From Anaerolineae bacterium (GTDB taxonomy: Bacteria; Chloroflexota; Anaerolineae; S140-20): DNA of 64,000 bases. The stretch lies in NCBI GenBank assembly GCA_027021705.1, contig JALUTT010000099.1, positions 1-64,000 of the forward strand, written 5' to 3'. Shown piece after piece: positions 9,084-19,102 of this stretch. Each line of letters begins with the position of its first letter. The first letter of the stretch is position 1. Position numbers and translations under genes: made by a program. The notes beneath the pieces are model-generated. The model was not told where the DNA came from and searched no databases. It saw nothing but the letters and a program-made list of their open reading frames with translations.

Positions 9084-10303
9084 AGCGGAATTTCTCCCCA
9101 AGTGTTCCACGGATTGAAGCGTTGCACATTCAGAACTACCGAGTACTCCGCGATCTCAGGCTGCGGAATCTAGCCCCTCTGACCGTCTTCCTAGGGCCTA
9201 ATGGCAGCGGGAAGTCCACCCTCTTCGACGTCTTCGCCTTCCTCTCGGATGCTTTTTCCGTGGGCCTACGCAAGGCCATAGACAGGCGAGGCCGATTCAA
9301 AGAGTTGCGCACACGAGGCCAGGAAGGACCGATCACTATCGAGCTCAAATATCGGGAGAGGACCGGTTCTCCTCTCATCACCTATCACCTGAGCATTGAT
9401 GAACGTCGGGGACGTCCTTACGTTGTTGAGGAGTGGCTACAGTGGCGGCGGAAATCACAAGGCCGGCCGTTCCGCTTCCTGGATTTCAAGGAAGGTAAAG
9501 GGTCCGTAGTGACAGGAGAAATGCCTGATGAAGAAGACGAACGGATCGAAGAACATCTGGACAGCCCGGAGGTGCTCGCAGTCAATGCCCTGGGGCAACT
9601 AGCCAAACATCCTCGCATCAGTGCTCTACGTCGTTTCATCACCAGCTGGTATCTGTCGTACATCTCCGCCAACAGCGCCCGCAGTATTCCCGAGGCTGGG
9701 CCGCAAGAACATCTTTCTGAAACAGGCGACAATCTCCCCAATGTCATCCAATACCTCAAAGAAGAGCATCCTGAGCGCCTGCGAGAGATTCTACAGAAGC
9801 TTTCCCAACGGGTCCCACGCTTGGAATCCGTAGACGCCCAATTTCTCCAGGACGGGAGACTGCTCTTGCAAATCAAAGATGCCCCTTTCGACGAGCCGAT
9901 TATGGCCAGGTATGCTTCTGACGGCACCCTAAAGATGCTTGCTTATCTGGTTCTTCTCTATGATCCAGCCCCGCCCCAACTCATCGGTATTGAGGAGCCA
10001 GAAAACCACCTCTATCCTCACATCCTAAGGGAGTTGGCCGAAGAATGCCGTCAGGCTTCCCGCCATACACAGATTCTGATCAGCACCCATTCCCCTTTTT
10101 TTGTCAACGGCCTAGAGCCAGAAGAAGTGTGGCTTCTTCAGCGGGACGAACAAGGGTTCACACAAGCTCGGCGTGCAGCAGATATTGATGGAGTGCGCGA
10201 ATTCATCCGAGCCGGTTCCCTCCTCGGTTACCTGTGGACCGAAGGCTACCTGGAGCCTATAGGGCTACCTGTAGCAGACTCTCCTGTGATGATGCACCGG
10301 TAA
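9080..10303 (+). CDS. ABC-type (AAA_21/AAA_15-like) ATPase
   Basis: GPNGSGKS, SDGT signature, IEEPEN, STHSP. Confidence 0.88.
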   Translation: MKRNFSPSVPRIEALHIQNYRVLRDLRLRNLAPLTVFLGPNGSGKSTLFDVFAFLSDAFSVGLRKAIDRRGRFKELRTRGQEGPITIELKYRERTGSPLITYHLSIDERRGRPYVVEEWLQWRRKSQGRPFRFLDFKEGKGSVVTGEMPDEEDERIEEHLDSPEVLAVNALGQLAKHPRISALRRFITSWYLSYISANSARSIPEAGPQEHLSETGDNLPNVIQYLKEEHPERLREILQKLSQRVPRLESVDAQFLQDGRLLLQIKDAPFDEPIMARYASDGTLKMLAYLVLLYDPAPPQLIGIEEPENHLYPHILRELAEECRQASRHTQILISTHSPFFVNGLEPEEVWLLQRDEQGFTQARRAADIDGVREFIRAGSLLGYLWTEGYLEPIGLPVADSPVMMHR

Positions 10304-10316
10304 CAGGGGAGAAACG

Positions 10317-10943
10317 ATGCACATCGAGTTTCTCGTTGAAGAAGAGTCTGCCAAAGTAGTCCTGGAGGCTCTTATCCCCCATATCTTGCCCAACGTGTCG
10401 TTCAGGGTACATCCCTTCCGAGGCAAGCAGGACCTCCTCAATCAATTGGAGGCCCGCCTTCGAGGGTACGCCGCTTGGATCAGGGGAGCGCCGAGCTACA
10501 GAATGGCTCTCGTTGTCCTGGTAGACAACGACCAAGAGGACTGCTACGCCCTAAAGAGAAAGCTGGAAGAAGCAGCACAGCGATGTGGGCTGGCTACGAA
10601 AAGCCATCCAGATGCTAGAGGTTGTTTCGTCGTGGTCAACCGAATCGCCATCGAAGAACTGGAAGCCTGGTTCTTCGGTGATGTCTCGGCTTTGCGTCAA
10701 GCCTATCCGAGGATTCCCCCAACCCTGGCCCAACGGCGCAGATACCGCAACCCAGACGCAATCCGGGGAGGGACCTGGGAAGCATTGGACCGCCTATTGA
10801 GACGCTATCGGTACAGGGTCGGAGGCAAACTCGAAGTTGCTAGAAAGGTTGCCCCCCACCTCGACCCATCGCGCAACCGTTCCAGGAGTTTCCAGGCCTT
10901 CCGAGCAGGCCTCACCTCCCTGCTCCAACAGCAGGACTGCTAA
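10317..10943 (+). CDS. DUF4276-like (Toprim-like) protein
   Basis: FLVEEES, VLVDND, EELEAWFFGD, N.SRSF motifs; follows the ATPase. Confidence 0.78.
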   Translation: MHIEFLVEEESAKVVLEALIPHILPNVSFRVHPFRGKQDLLNQLEARLRGYAAWIRGAPSYRMALVVLVDNDQEDCYALKRKLEEAAQRCGLATKSHPDARGCFVVVNRIAIEELEAWFFGDVSALRQAYPRIPPTLAQRRRYRNPDAIRGGTWEALDRLLRRYRYRVGGKLEVARKVAPHLDPSRNRSRSFQAFRAGLTSLLQQQDC

Positions 10944-10967
10944 CCCTCTGACCTTAGGTCACGTAAG

Positions 10968-12065
10968 ATGCCGCCCCCCTCTCCCACGAAGTTGAAACGC
11001 CGGCTCCCCGGCTACATCGCCACCGGGCTGGTGATCCTGACGACCAGCCTCTGGACACTGTGGGGCACGGCGGAGATGTACTACGAGGGCTGGGGGCTCC
11101 CCTTCCCCTCCCCCCTGGCCTACCTGATCCCCGCCGTCACTTGCCTGGCCCTCACGTTGACGGCGCTGACGTGGCCCCGGCTTGGAGGCTGGCTGATCCT
11201 CCTCATCGGCGGGGCCTTCACCGCCTGGTGGTGGGGGTTGGCCGTGACACGGGGTCAGTTCTCCCTCGGGCGGGTCTTGAGCACCTTCCCCGCCAGCGGC
11301 CTGCTCTTCCTTACCGGTGTGCTCTTCCTGCTCGAAGGCCGCCACCGCCGGCAGCGGCTCGCCGAAGGGTGGGCACCGCCGAGAAGAGGGGACGCAATGG
11401 AATGGCGCCCCTACCTCCGCCGTAACCTGCGTTACGTCCTGGTCATCGGGTTCCCCCTGTTGGTAGCCCTCGGCGTCTCGGCCTACTACGCCCCCCTGGT
11501 GTTGACCCGCGTAGACGACGGGGACCGAGGCGCACGGCTGATCGAGGGCCACGGCGTCGCCCTGGTCTGGGCTCCCAAGGGGCCGGGATGGAACTGGAAG
11601 CAGCCGTGGGGTGGGTATCCATCCTGGGATATGCTCGCCCTCTACGGCGTGCCGCCGGTGGGCTTCGGAGAGAAGCCGGGCTACGAGGCCCGCCACGCCT
11701 CGGCGAACGATATGGCGATGACCGGCCTCTGCCGCTACCTGAGCGAGGACGGCACCACCTTGATGGCCGAACGGCAGGACGTCTGGCGTATGCCGACCGC
11801 CGAGGAGATCGTCCGTTCCCTCGTCCGGGGCGGTGAGAACGCCGGGTGCACCTGGGACGGGGAGTCCGAAAAGGCCCTTTGCGAGAGGTCACCCAACAAG
11901 GAAACTCCCCTGTGGGCGCCCGATGAAGCGCCCATCTACTACTGGTCGGCCGACGAGTACGACGAGGGCGAAGCCTATTACGTCAGCTACAACGGTCGGG
12001 TCTCCTGGCAGCCCAAGGACTGGGGCAACCCCCGCCACGGGTACCGTTGTGTGCGGGAGCCCTAG
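10968..12065 (+). CDS. Membrane protein with C-terminal DUF1566/Lcl-like extracytoplasmic domain
   Basis: Several TM helices, then WRMPT.EE, YYWSA and GYRCVR motifs. Confidence 0.62.
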   Translation: MPPPSPTKLKRRLPGYIATGLVILTTSLWTLWGTAEMYYEGWGLPFPSPLAYLIPAVTCLALTLTALTWPRLGGWLILLIGGAFTAWWWGLAVTRGQFSLGRVLSTFPASGLLFLTGVLFLLEGRHRRQRLAEGWAPPRRGDAMEWRPYLRRNLRYVLVIGFPLLVALGVSAYYAPLVLTRVDDGDRGARLIEGHGVALVWAPKGPGWNWKQPWGGYPSWDMLALYGVPPVGFGEKPGYEARHASANDMAMTGLCRYLSEDGTTLMAERQDVWRMPTAEEIVRSLVRGGENAGCTWDGESEKALCERSPNKETPLWAPDEAPIYYWSADEYDEGEAYYVSYNGRVSWQPKDWGNPRHGYRCVREP

Positions 12066-12139
12066 CCCGGAAGACGAGACGACCTAGGCCACCGCCGGAT
12101 GCCGGATCAGCCGGCAAGCCCCCCAGTCCGATTTCCCCT

Positions 12140-12168
12140 TTGCCAAAAGTTCCGATAAAGGGTAAAAT
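12140..12168 (+). promoter_or_regulatory. sigma70-type promoter of the second ATPase cassette
   Basis: TTGCCA-17 bp-TAAAAT. Confidence 0.55.
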
Positions 12169-12264
12169 CCCCCCGAAACTGACGCCGGTAGGGTGCAACT
12201 GATATTGTCCCCACCATCTAACCAAGGGAGCCGACCTCTGGTCAGGCGCACGAGGAGGTGAGGC

Positions 12265-13665
12265 GTGATCACCCGTATCGAGTTGAGCGGTTTTAAGACT
12301 TTCCACGACTTCCACCTGGAGTTGGCCCCCTTTCAAGTCATCATTGGTGCCAACGCCTCGGGGAAGAGCAATTTGTTTGACGCGCTGCGCCTGCTCAGCT
12401 ACCTGGCCGAGTTCGACCTGCGCACAGCGTTCCAGAAAGTGCGGGGAGAGGCCCACGAGCTCTTCACCCTCTTGCCTGATGGATCCTCTGTGCCAGAGAT
12501 GCGGCTCGCCGTGGAATTCCTGGTGAACCGCCGGATCCGGGACAGTTGGGGAGCTGAAGCCGACTTGAAGCACACCCGGATGCGCTATGAACTGCACATC
12601 GTGCGCCGGAAAGACTCCCGAGGGCTAGAGCACCTTTACATCTCTCACGAGTCCTTGCACGCGATTCCCCGCAAGAAAGATGCATGGTTGCATCGTCACG
12701 TCGGGAGATATGAGGAAAAGTGGCTCCCCATGCGCTATGCAGGCCGTCAGGCTCCTTTCATCTCCACAGAAGACAAAGCAGGAGTCCGCACTATCTTCCT
12801 GCACCAGGACGGCCGTGGCGGGCGCAAGACTTACGTCGCCGAGCGAGCAGAGCGCACCGCGCTGAGCGGCGTCATCAACACAGAATTCCCCCACGCACTG
12901 GCTGCCCGCGAGGAAATGCGTTCATGGCGGCTCCTGCAGCTCAACCCCGAGGCGCTGCGCCAGCCCAGTTCAATGCTGGCAACCGCCGAAGTCGCTCCCA
13001 ACGGCAGCAATTTGCCCAGCGCCCTGGCACGTATGGAGGCCCAAGACCCCTACGCGCTCCAGAACGTATCCCGAGACCTGGCAAACCTGGTGCCGGGCCT
13101 TGTCCGGGTAGAGGTAGAATCGGACGAACCACGCAAACGCTACATCATCTGGGCTCATATGCAGGATGGCCGCCGCTTCTCATCCCGGGTGCTCTCCGAC
13201 GGCACCTTACGCCTCCTCGCTTTGGTGACGCTACGAAACGATCCTCAGCATCAAGGGGTACTCTGTTTCGAGGAGCCGGAGAACGGCGTCCATCCCTCGC
13301 GGCTGCGGCAACTGGTGACCCTCTTGCGAGGACTGGCAACTGATTTCTCTGATCCCGAACAGGCTGAGGAACCCCTGCGGCAGTTGCTGGTGAACACCCA
13401 CTCTCCAGCACTGGTTAAGGAACTCGATGTCGAAAGAGAACTCCTCTTCGCCCACACTGTCACCCGAGTCTATCCTCCGCCTAAGAGTACCCAACTGCGG
13501 GTGACACGGATCGTGCCGGTCAAGAAGAACCTGCAAATGCAACTGAGCCTAGGGATTGAAAGAGAAGAAGCAGCCTACACCCTGCAAGAGGTGCTTGCCT
13601 ATCTGGAGAATGCCCGCCCCGACAAAGCTGTCGCCCAGTTGAACGGAGGGCACTGGCCTCTATGA
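12265..13665 (+). CDS. ABC-type (AAA_21/AAA_15-like) ATPase, second copy
   Basis: GANASGKS, LSDGTLR, FEEPENG, NTHSP. Confidence 0.88.
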   Translation: MITRIELSGFKTFHDFHLELAPFQVIIGANASGKSNLFDALRLLSYLAEFDLRTAFQKVRGEAHELFTLLPDGSSVPEMRLAVEFLVNRRIRDSWGAEADLKHTRMRYELHIVRRKDSRGLEHLYISHESLHAIPRKKDAWLHRHVGRYEEKWLPMRYAGRQAPFISTEDKAGVRTIFLHQDGRGGRKTYVAERAERTALSGVINTEFPHALAAREEMRSWRLLQLNPEALRQPSSMLATAEVAPNGSNLPSALARMEAQDPYALQNVSRDLANLVPGLVRVEVESDEPRKRYIIWAHMQDGRRFSSRVLSDGTLRLLALVTLRNDPQHQGVLCFEEPENGVHPSRLRQLVTLLRGLATDFSDPEQAEEPLRQLLVNTHSPALVKELDVERELLFAHTVTRVYPPPKSTQLRVTRIVPVKKNLQMQLSLGIEREEAAYTLQEVLAYLENARPDKAVAQLNGGHWPL

Positions 13666-14339
13666 CCGCCCTGGTTTTGGCTCTGTACGCTGAAGGACGG
13701 ACCGATGAACGATTCCTGCCCATCATCATCCAGCGAACGGCTGAGGACATCCTGCTGCGGCGAGGCAGGCGGACCATAGACGTTCTGGAACCCATCCCGA
13801 TCAACGGGGATATTGACCACCAAGTGGAAAGACGGAAGGATCGGATTGTAGAAGCAGCTCGCCGCGCATTGGGATTCCACGTCCTGATTGTTCATGCCGA
13901 TGCTGACCATCCTACGCCAGAACGCGCCTTGAATGAGCGAATCATGCCGGGAATCCTTGCGGCAGCGAGAAAAGACAACACCTGTCGGCTACTGGTCCCG
14001 CTGGTTCCTGTGCGGATGACCGAAGCTTGGATGCTGGCCGATCCCCAGGCCCTGAGTCAGGTCATCGGCACGAATCTGACAGCTCAAGACCTAGGACTGC
14101 CGGAACGCCCTCATCAAGTCGAATCAGAACCACAGCCCAGGCAACGCCTGCGGGAGGCCATCCGTAGAGCCAGAGCTCAATACCCGCGTCGTCGCCGCCG
14201 GCTGGACCTCGGGGAGCTGTATGAGCCTCTGGCCAGACAAATCCGTCTGGAACGACTGCGAGGCGTACCGGCCTACCAGCGGTTTGTAACCGATCTCACC
14301 AAGGCGTTACATGAGCTGGGGTTCATTGAACCACAATGA
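13662..14339 (+). CDS. DUF4276-like (Toprim-like) protein, second copy
   Basis: YAEGRTD, VHADAD, VRMTEAWMLAD; ATGA overlap with the ATPase. Confidence 0.78.
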   Translation: MTALVLALYAEGRTDERFLPIIIQRTAEDILLRRGRRTIDVLEPIPINGDIDHQVERRKDRIVEAARRALGFHVLIVHADADHPTPERALNERIMPGILAAARKDNTCRLLVPLVPVRMTEAWMLADPQALSQVIGTNLTAQDLGLPERPHQVESEPQPRQRLREAIRRARAQYPRRRRRLDLGELYEPLARQIRLERLRGVPAYQRFVTDLTKALHELGFIEPQ

Positions 14340-15693
14340 TGCCCACCACGCCGGCATTATCGCCCAGGTGGAACCGAACAGCCTGGCCGCCCGATTGGGG
14401 GTGCGCCCCGGCGACCGGCTCCTGGCCGTCAACGGCCACCCGGTGCGCGACGTCATTGACGTCCAGTTCTACGCCGCCGAGGAAGAGGTCGAACTGACGA
14501 TCCGCCGGGATGGGGAGACGCTGCGCCTCCAGGCCGAGCGGGACTACGCCGAGCCCCTGGGCCTGACCTTCACCCACCCCACCTTCGACGTGGACATCCG
14601 GCGCTGCAACAACCTCTGCGAGTTCTGCTTCGTCCTCCAGACGCCTCCCCGAATGCGGCGCACCCTCTACATCAAGGACGACGACTACCGCTACTCCTTC
14701 CTCTATGGCCATTTCGTGACGCTGACCAACCTGACCGACGAGGATTGGGAGCGCATCGCCGAGCAGCACCTGAGCCCCCTCTACGTCTCCGTCCACGCCA
14801 CCGATCCGGCCCTGCGACGGCGGGTCCTGCGCAACCCCCAGGCCCCCGACGTGATGGAGCAACTGCGCTGGCTGGGGGAGCACGGCATCGAGACCCACAC
14901 CCAACTGGTCATCACGCCGGGGCTCAACGACGGCCCCCACCTGGACCGTTCCATCGCCGACCTGGTCACCCTCTGGCCGGCCGTCCGCTCGGTGAGCGTT
15001 GTCCCCGTGGGGATCACCCGCTACCACAAGTACGGCTGGCGCCCCCACACGCCGGAGGAGGCCCGCCGCGTCTTCCGGCAGGTGACCGCCTGGCAGGCCC
15101 GGCTGCTGCCCCGGCTGGGCGTCCGCTTCGCCTACCTGACCGACGAGTGGTACCTGGTGCTGGGCGAACCGATCCCGCCCCGCGAGGCCTACGACGACCT
15201 GGCCCTCCAGGAGAACGGGCTGGGGATGGTGCGCGACTTCCTGGACGATTGGGAGGCGCTCAAGGAGGTGTGGGCTAGGTCTGACGATGGGAAGGGGCCA
15301 ACCCAAGTCACGCCCTCCTCGGGGAAGGTCCGGCAGGTCACGCTGGCGACGGGAACCCTCTTCGCGCCCTTCCTGCGGGCTGTGGTCGCCGACTTTGCCC
15401 AGCGGACCGGCATCCCGGTGAGCGTTGTGCCTGTGGTCAACGAGCGGCTGGGGGAGACGATCACCGTGGCCGGCCTGCTGATGGGCCGGGACATCATCCG
15501 CCAGCTTCGGGAGCACCCCCTGGGTGACCTGGTCGCGCTCCCCCGCGTCACCTTCGACCACCCGGACCGGATCGCCCTGGACGATGTGAGCCCCGCCGAG
15601 ATCGCCCAGGCCCTGGACCGGCCCGTCGTCCTGGTAAGCACCTTGAGCGAACTTTGGGACCATCTCACGTCCGCGCAACCCACAACCCCGTAA
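14311..15693 (+). CDS. PDZ + radical-SAM-like DUF512 Fe-S protein (start uncertain)
   Basis: N-terminal PDZ, CNNLCEFCFV, KDDDYRYSFLYG, ENGLGM, ITVAGLL. Confidence 0.85.
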   Translation: MSWGSLNHNDAHHAGIIAQVEPNSLAARLGVRPGDRLLAVNGHPVRDVIDVQFYAAEEEVELTIRRDGETLRLQAERDYAEPLGLTFTHPTFDVDIRRCNNLCEFCFVLQTPPRMRRTLYIKDDDYRYSFLYGHFVTLTNLTDEDWERIAEQHLSPLYVSVHATDPALRRRVLRNPQAPDVMEQLRWLGEHGIETHTQLVITPGLNDGPHLDRSIADLVTLWPAVRSVSVVPVGITRYHKYGWRPHTPEEARRVFRQVTAWQARLLPRLGVRFAYLTDEWYLVLGEPIPPREAYDDLALQENGLGMVRDFLDDWEALKEVWARSDDGKGPTQVTPSSGKVRQVTLATGTLFAPFLRAVVADFAQRTGIPVSVVPVVNERLGETITVAGLLMGRDIIRQLREHPLGDLVALPRVTFDHPDRIALDDVSPAEIAQALDRPVVLVSTLSELWDHLTSAQPTTP

Positions 15694-15711
15694 CCTGGGA
15701 TGTAACTGTTC

Positions 15712-15808
15712 ACCCTCCCGCAGGTTAGGCGCGTTTCCGACGCGAAACCGTGCTTCCAACAGCCCATCGGGGCTGAAAGCGCCCTTGACCGGTGACCTGC
15801 GGGAGGGT
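15712..15808. repeat. Family B element (ACCCTCCCGCAGG...CCTGCGGGAGGGT), copy 1
   Basis: 13-bp inverted ends, 97-bp span; same ends at 40891-40987 and 62202-62297. Confidence 0.8.
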
Positions 15809-15854
15809 AGGCTGAATAGATACCCTAGGATACACAACGGAGGAGGTCTGTTCT

Positions 15855-17117
15855 ATGGCTGACCAAGCGGTACACAAAGTCGTCCTCGCCTACTCCGGCG
15901 GCCTGGACACCAGCATCATCATCCCCTGGCTGCGAGAGCACTACGACTGTGAGGTGATCGCTTTCTGCGCCAACATCGGGCAGGGGGAAGAGCTGGAGGG
16001 ATTAGAGGAGAAAGCCCTCGCCACCGGTGCCTCGAAGGTCTACATCGAGGACCTGCGGGAGGAGTTCCTGACCGAGTACGCCTTCCGGGTCCTGCGGGCC
16101 GGAGCCGTCTACGAGCGCAAGTACCTGCTGGGCACCTCCTTCGCCCGCCCGCTCATCGCCAAGCGGCAGGTGGAGATCGCCGAGCTGGAGGGGGCCGACG
16201 CCGTGGCCCACGGCTGCACGGGCAAGGGCAACGACCAGGTCCGCTTTGAGCTCACCTACAAGGCCCTCAACCCTCACCTGCGGGTCATCGCGCCCTGGCG
16301 GGAGTGGGAGATCAAGAGCCGCGAGGACGCCCTGGCCTACGCCGCGGCCCACAACGTTCCCGTCAGCGCCACCGCCAAGAAGATCTACTCCCGCGACCGG
16401 AACCTCTGGCACATCTCCCACGAGGGCGGCCCCCTGGAGGACCCCTGGTTCGAGCCGGAAGAGGAGATGTTTGTCCTGACGGTCGCTCCAGAGCGGGCGC
16501 CCGATGAGCCGGAGTACGTGGAGATCGAGTTTCGGGCCGGCGTGCCCAAGAAGATCAACGGCGTCGCCTACGGACCGGTGGAGCTGCTCACCCGGCTTAA
16601 CGAGATCGGCGGTCGGCACGGCATCGGGCGGGCCGACCTGGTGGAGAACCGGCTGGTGGGGATGAAGTCTCGGGGCGTCTACGAGACGCCGGGGGGCACC
16701 CTCCTGCTGACCGCCCACCGGGAGCTGGAGAGCCTCTGCCTGGACCGGGAGACGCTGCACTACAAGGACGTGGTGGCCCAGCGCTACGCCGAGCTGGTCT
16801 ACTACGGCCAGTGGTTCACCCCGCTACGGGAGGCGCTGGACGCCTTCGTGGACAAGACCCAGGAGCGAGTGACGGGAACGGTCCGGCTGAAGCTCTACAA
16901 GGGAAGCGCGACGGTGGTAGGGCGCAAGAGCCCCTACAGCCTCTATCGGGAGGATTACGCCAGCTTCGGCCAGATGGATGTCTACGACCAGCGGGACGCC
17001 GAGGGGTTCATCAACTTGTTCGGCCTGCCCCTCAAAGTGGCCGCCCTGCTGGACATCGAGGGGGTGGGCATCTCCCGCTACCGAGCGCCGGACTACACCC
17101 GCTTCAAGCGCGACTGA
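15855..17117 (+). CDS. argG: Argininosuccinate synthase
   Basis: [34 protein letters not shown]. Confidence 0.97.
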   Translation: MADQAVHKVVLAYSGGLDTSIIIPWLREHYDCEVIAFCANIGQGEELEGLEEKALATGASKVYIEDLREEFLTEYAFRVLRAGAVYERKYLLGTSFARPLIAKRQVEIAELEGADAVAHGCTGKGNDQVRFELTYKALNPHLRVIAPWREWEIKSREDALAYAAAHNVPVSATAKKIYSRDRNLWHISHEGGPLEDPWFEPEEEMFVLTVAPERAPDEPEYVEIEFRAGVPKKINGVAYGPVELLTRLNEIGGRHGIGRADLVENRLVGMKSRGVYETPGGTLLLTAHRELESLCLDRETLHYKDVVAQRYAELVYYGQWFTPLREALDAFVDKTQERVTGTVRLKLYKGSATVVGRKSPYSLYREDYASFGQMDVYDQRDAEGFINLFGLPLKVAALLDIEGVGISRYRAPDYTRFKRD

Positions 17118-17142
17118 GGCAGCCTTTGGGAGGTAAGGTGCA

Positions 17143-17412
17143 ATGGAACTGCAAGAAATCCTGGCAGACATCCACGCTCTGGAGGAGGAGCTGTTAGAAT
17201 TTGAGCGCAAGTATGGGATCCGTTCGGAGACCTTCTATGCTGCATACATCAGCGGGGAGGAGCCGGAGGATGATAGCTGGGTCTTGGACTTCAGCGAGTG
17301 GGCGAGTGTCTACAAGACCTGGCTCGCTCGTCAGGCCGATTACCGTAACGAAGTCCAACGGATTCAGCGGCGAAAGCCCGGTTTAGCCGGATTGATTCGG
17401 GTGGCGGCATGA
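17143..17412 (+). CDS. Putative antitoxin (TumA-like)
   Basis: Small acidic protein with FERKYG..SE.FY motif, coupled to the next gene. Confidence 0.6.
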   Translation: MELQEILADIHALEEELLEFERKYGIRSETFYAAYISGEEPEDDSWVLDFSEWASVYKTWLARQADYRNEVQRIQRRKPGLAGLIRVAA

Positions 17413-17861
17413 ACAACCCGCTCCGCACCGTAGAAGATTACGAACTGTTCCTCTACACCCTGGCGGAGCAATTTCCATCGGTACGCCGCTCCACAGTGGT
17501 GCTCATCCGAAGAGGAGCAACCCTCGCCCGGGTGGCCGGGGAGATCTTCTTCAACCACGGCATCCGGCTGGTTGTCCGCGAACGGATCCTGTACCACCGT
17601 CTCCCTGCCATCATTGACTCGTATGGCTACGAAGTGTGGCATGGTGACACCAAGCTGTACTGGTACGATTCGCAGCCGCATCCCCACGATCCTTCGCTGC
17701 AAAGCACCCATCCTCACCACAAGCACGTTCATCCCAACATCAAACATAACCGTATCCCGGCTCCGGAGATGAGCTTTACCCGCCCTAACCTGCCCTTTCT
17801 GATCCAAGAGATCGAGAACCTGATCCAGGAAATGGAGAAGGGGAAGCCCACATTGCCATAA
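17409..17861 (+). CDS. Putative toxin, DUF6516/TumE-like
   Basis: YGYEV..WYDSQPHP..STHPHHKH motif. Confidence 0.7.
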   Translation: MNNPLRTVEDYELFLYTLAEQFPSVRRSTVVLIRRGATLARVAGEIFFNHGIRLVVRERILYHRLPAIIDSYGYEVWHGDTKLYWYDSQPHPHDPSLQSTHPHHKHVHPNIKHNRIPAPEMSFTRPNLPFLIQEIENLIQEMEKGKPTLP

Positions 17862-17879
17862 CCCAAGGGGGAGCAAACA

Positions 17880-19082
17880 ATGTCGTTGCCGCAAGTACCC
17901 GGCTTCCGCGTTGCCGGCGTCTCCTGCGGGCTGAAGCCGGAGGAGGCGCTGGACCTGGCCTTCGTCGTCGGCGACCAACCCTGCGTTGCCGCCGGCCTCT
18001 TCACCACCAACCGGGTCAAGGCCGCGCCGGTGCTCTACGACCAACAGGTGCTGGCCGACCCTACCGCCCGCGTCCGGGCCGTCGTCATCAACGCGGGCAA
18101 CGCCAACGCCTGCACCGGCGAGCGCGGCCTGGCCGACGTCCACCGGACGGCCGAGGAAGCAGCTACCCTCCTGGGCTGTGAGCCCCAACAGGTCCTCGTC
18201 CTCTCCACCGGCGTCATCGGCGTGCCCCTGCCGGTGGAGAAGATCGTCCACGGGCTCCAGACCGCCCTCCCCGCCCTCCGGCCCGACGGCTGGGAGGAGG
18301 CCGCCCGGGCCATCATGACCACCGACACCCGCCCCAAGCTCGTCTACCGCCTGGTGACGACCCCCGAAGGCCCCTACACGATCCTAGGCATCGCCAAGGG
18401 CGCGGGGATGATCGCCCCCCATATGGCGACGATGCTGGCCCTCCTGGTCACCGACGCCGCCGTTCCCGCCCCCCGGCTGCGCCAGGCCCTCACCCACGCG
18501 ACGGCCGCCAGCTTCAACCGCATCGTCGTGGACGGCGATATGAGCACCAACGACACGGTGTTGCTCCTGAGCAGCGGGGCCTCGGGTGTCCGGGCCGGCG
18601 GGGCTGCCTTCACCGAGGCCCTCACCCAGGTCGCCCAGGAGCTGGCCCAGGCCATCGTTCGCGACGGCGAGGGGGCGACGAAGTTCATCGAGGTCCGGGT
18701 GACGGGGGCGCGGACGCCGGCCGAGGCCGAGCAGATCGCCCAGGCCATCGCCCGCTCCCCCCTGGTCAAGACCGCCTTCTACGGCGGTGACCCCAACTGG
18801 GGGCGCATCCTGGCCGCGGCCGGCTACAGCGGCGTGGCCCTGGACCCCAACCGGCTGGCCCTCTGGTTCGCCCCGGGCACCGGGGCGGACGCCGGACCTG
18901 CGCTGCAACTGGTGGCCGGCGGCCGGCCCACCGACTACGATGAGGAGCAGGCCATCGCCCTGCTGGCCCACGACGAGGTCACCGTCCGGCTGGACCTGGG
19001 GATGGGCGAGGCAGAGAGCGTTGTCTGGACCTGCGACCTCTCCCACGACTACGTGACCATCAACGCCCACTACCGGACGTGA
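17880..19082 (+). CDS. argJ: Bifunctional ornithine acetyltransferase/N-acetylglutamate synthase
   Basis: NAGNANACTG, KGAGMIAPHMATML, DGDMSTND, DGEGATK. Confidence 0.96.
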   Translation: MSLPQVPGFRVAGVSCGLKPEEALDLAFVVGDQPCVAAGLFTTNRVKAAPVLYDQQVLADPTARVRAVVINAGNANACTGERGLADVHRTAEEAATLLGCEPQQVLVLSTGVIGVPLPVEKIVHGLQTALPALRPDGWEEAARAIMTTDTRPKLVYRLVTTPEGPYTILGIAKGAGMIAPHMATMLALLVTDAAVPAPRLRQALTHATAASFNRIVVDGDMSTNDTVLLLSSGASGVRAGGAAFTEALTQVAQELAQAIVRDGEGATKFIEVRVTGARTPAEAEQIAQAIARSPLVKTAFYGGDPNWGRILAAAGYSGVALDPNRLALWFAPGTGADAGPALQLVAGGRPTDYDEEQAIALLAHDEVTVRLDLGMGEAESVVWTCDLSHDYVTINAHYRT

Positions 19083-19102
19083 TCCCAGGGGAGGGAAGCG
19101 CG

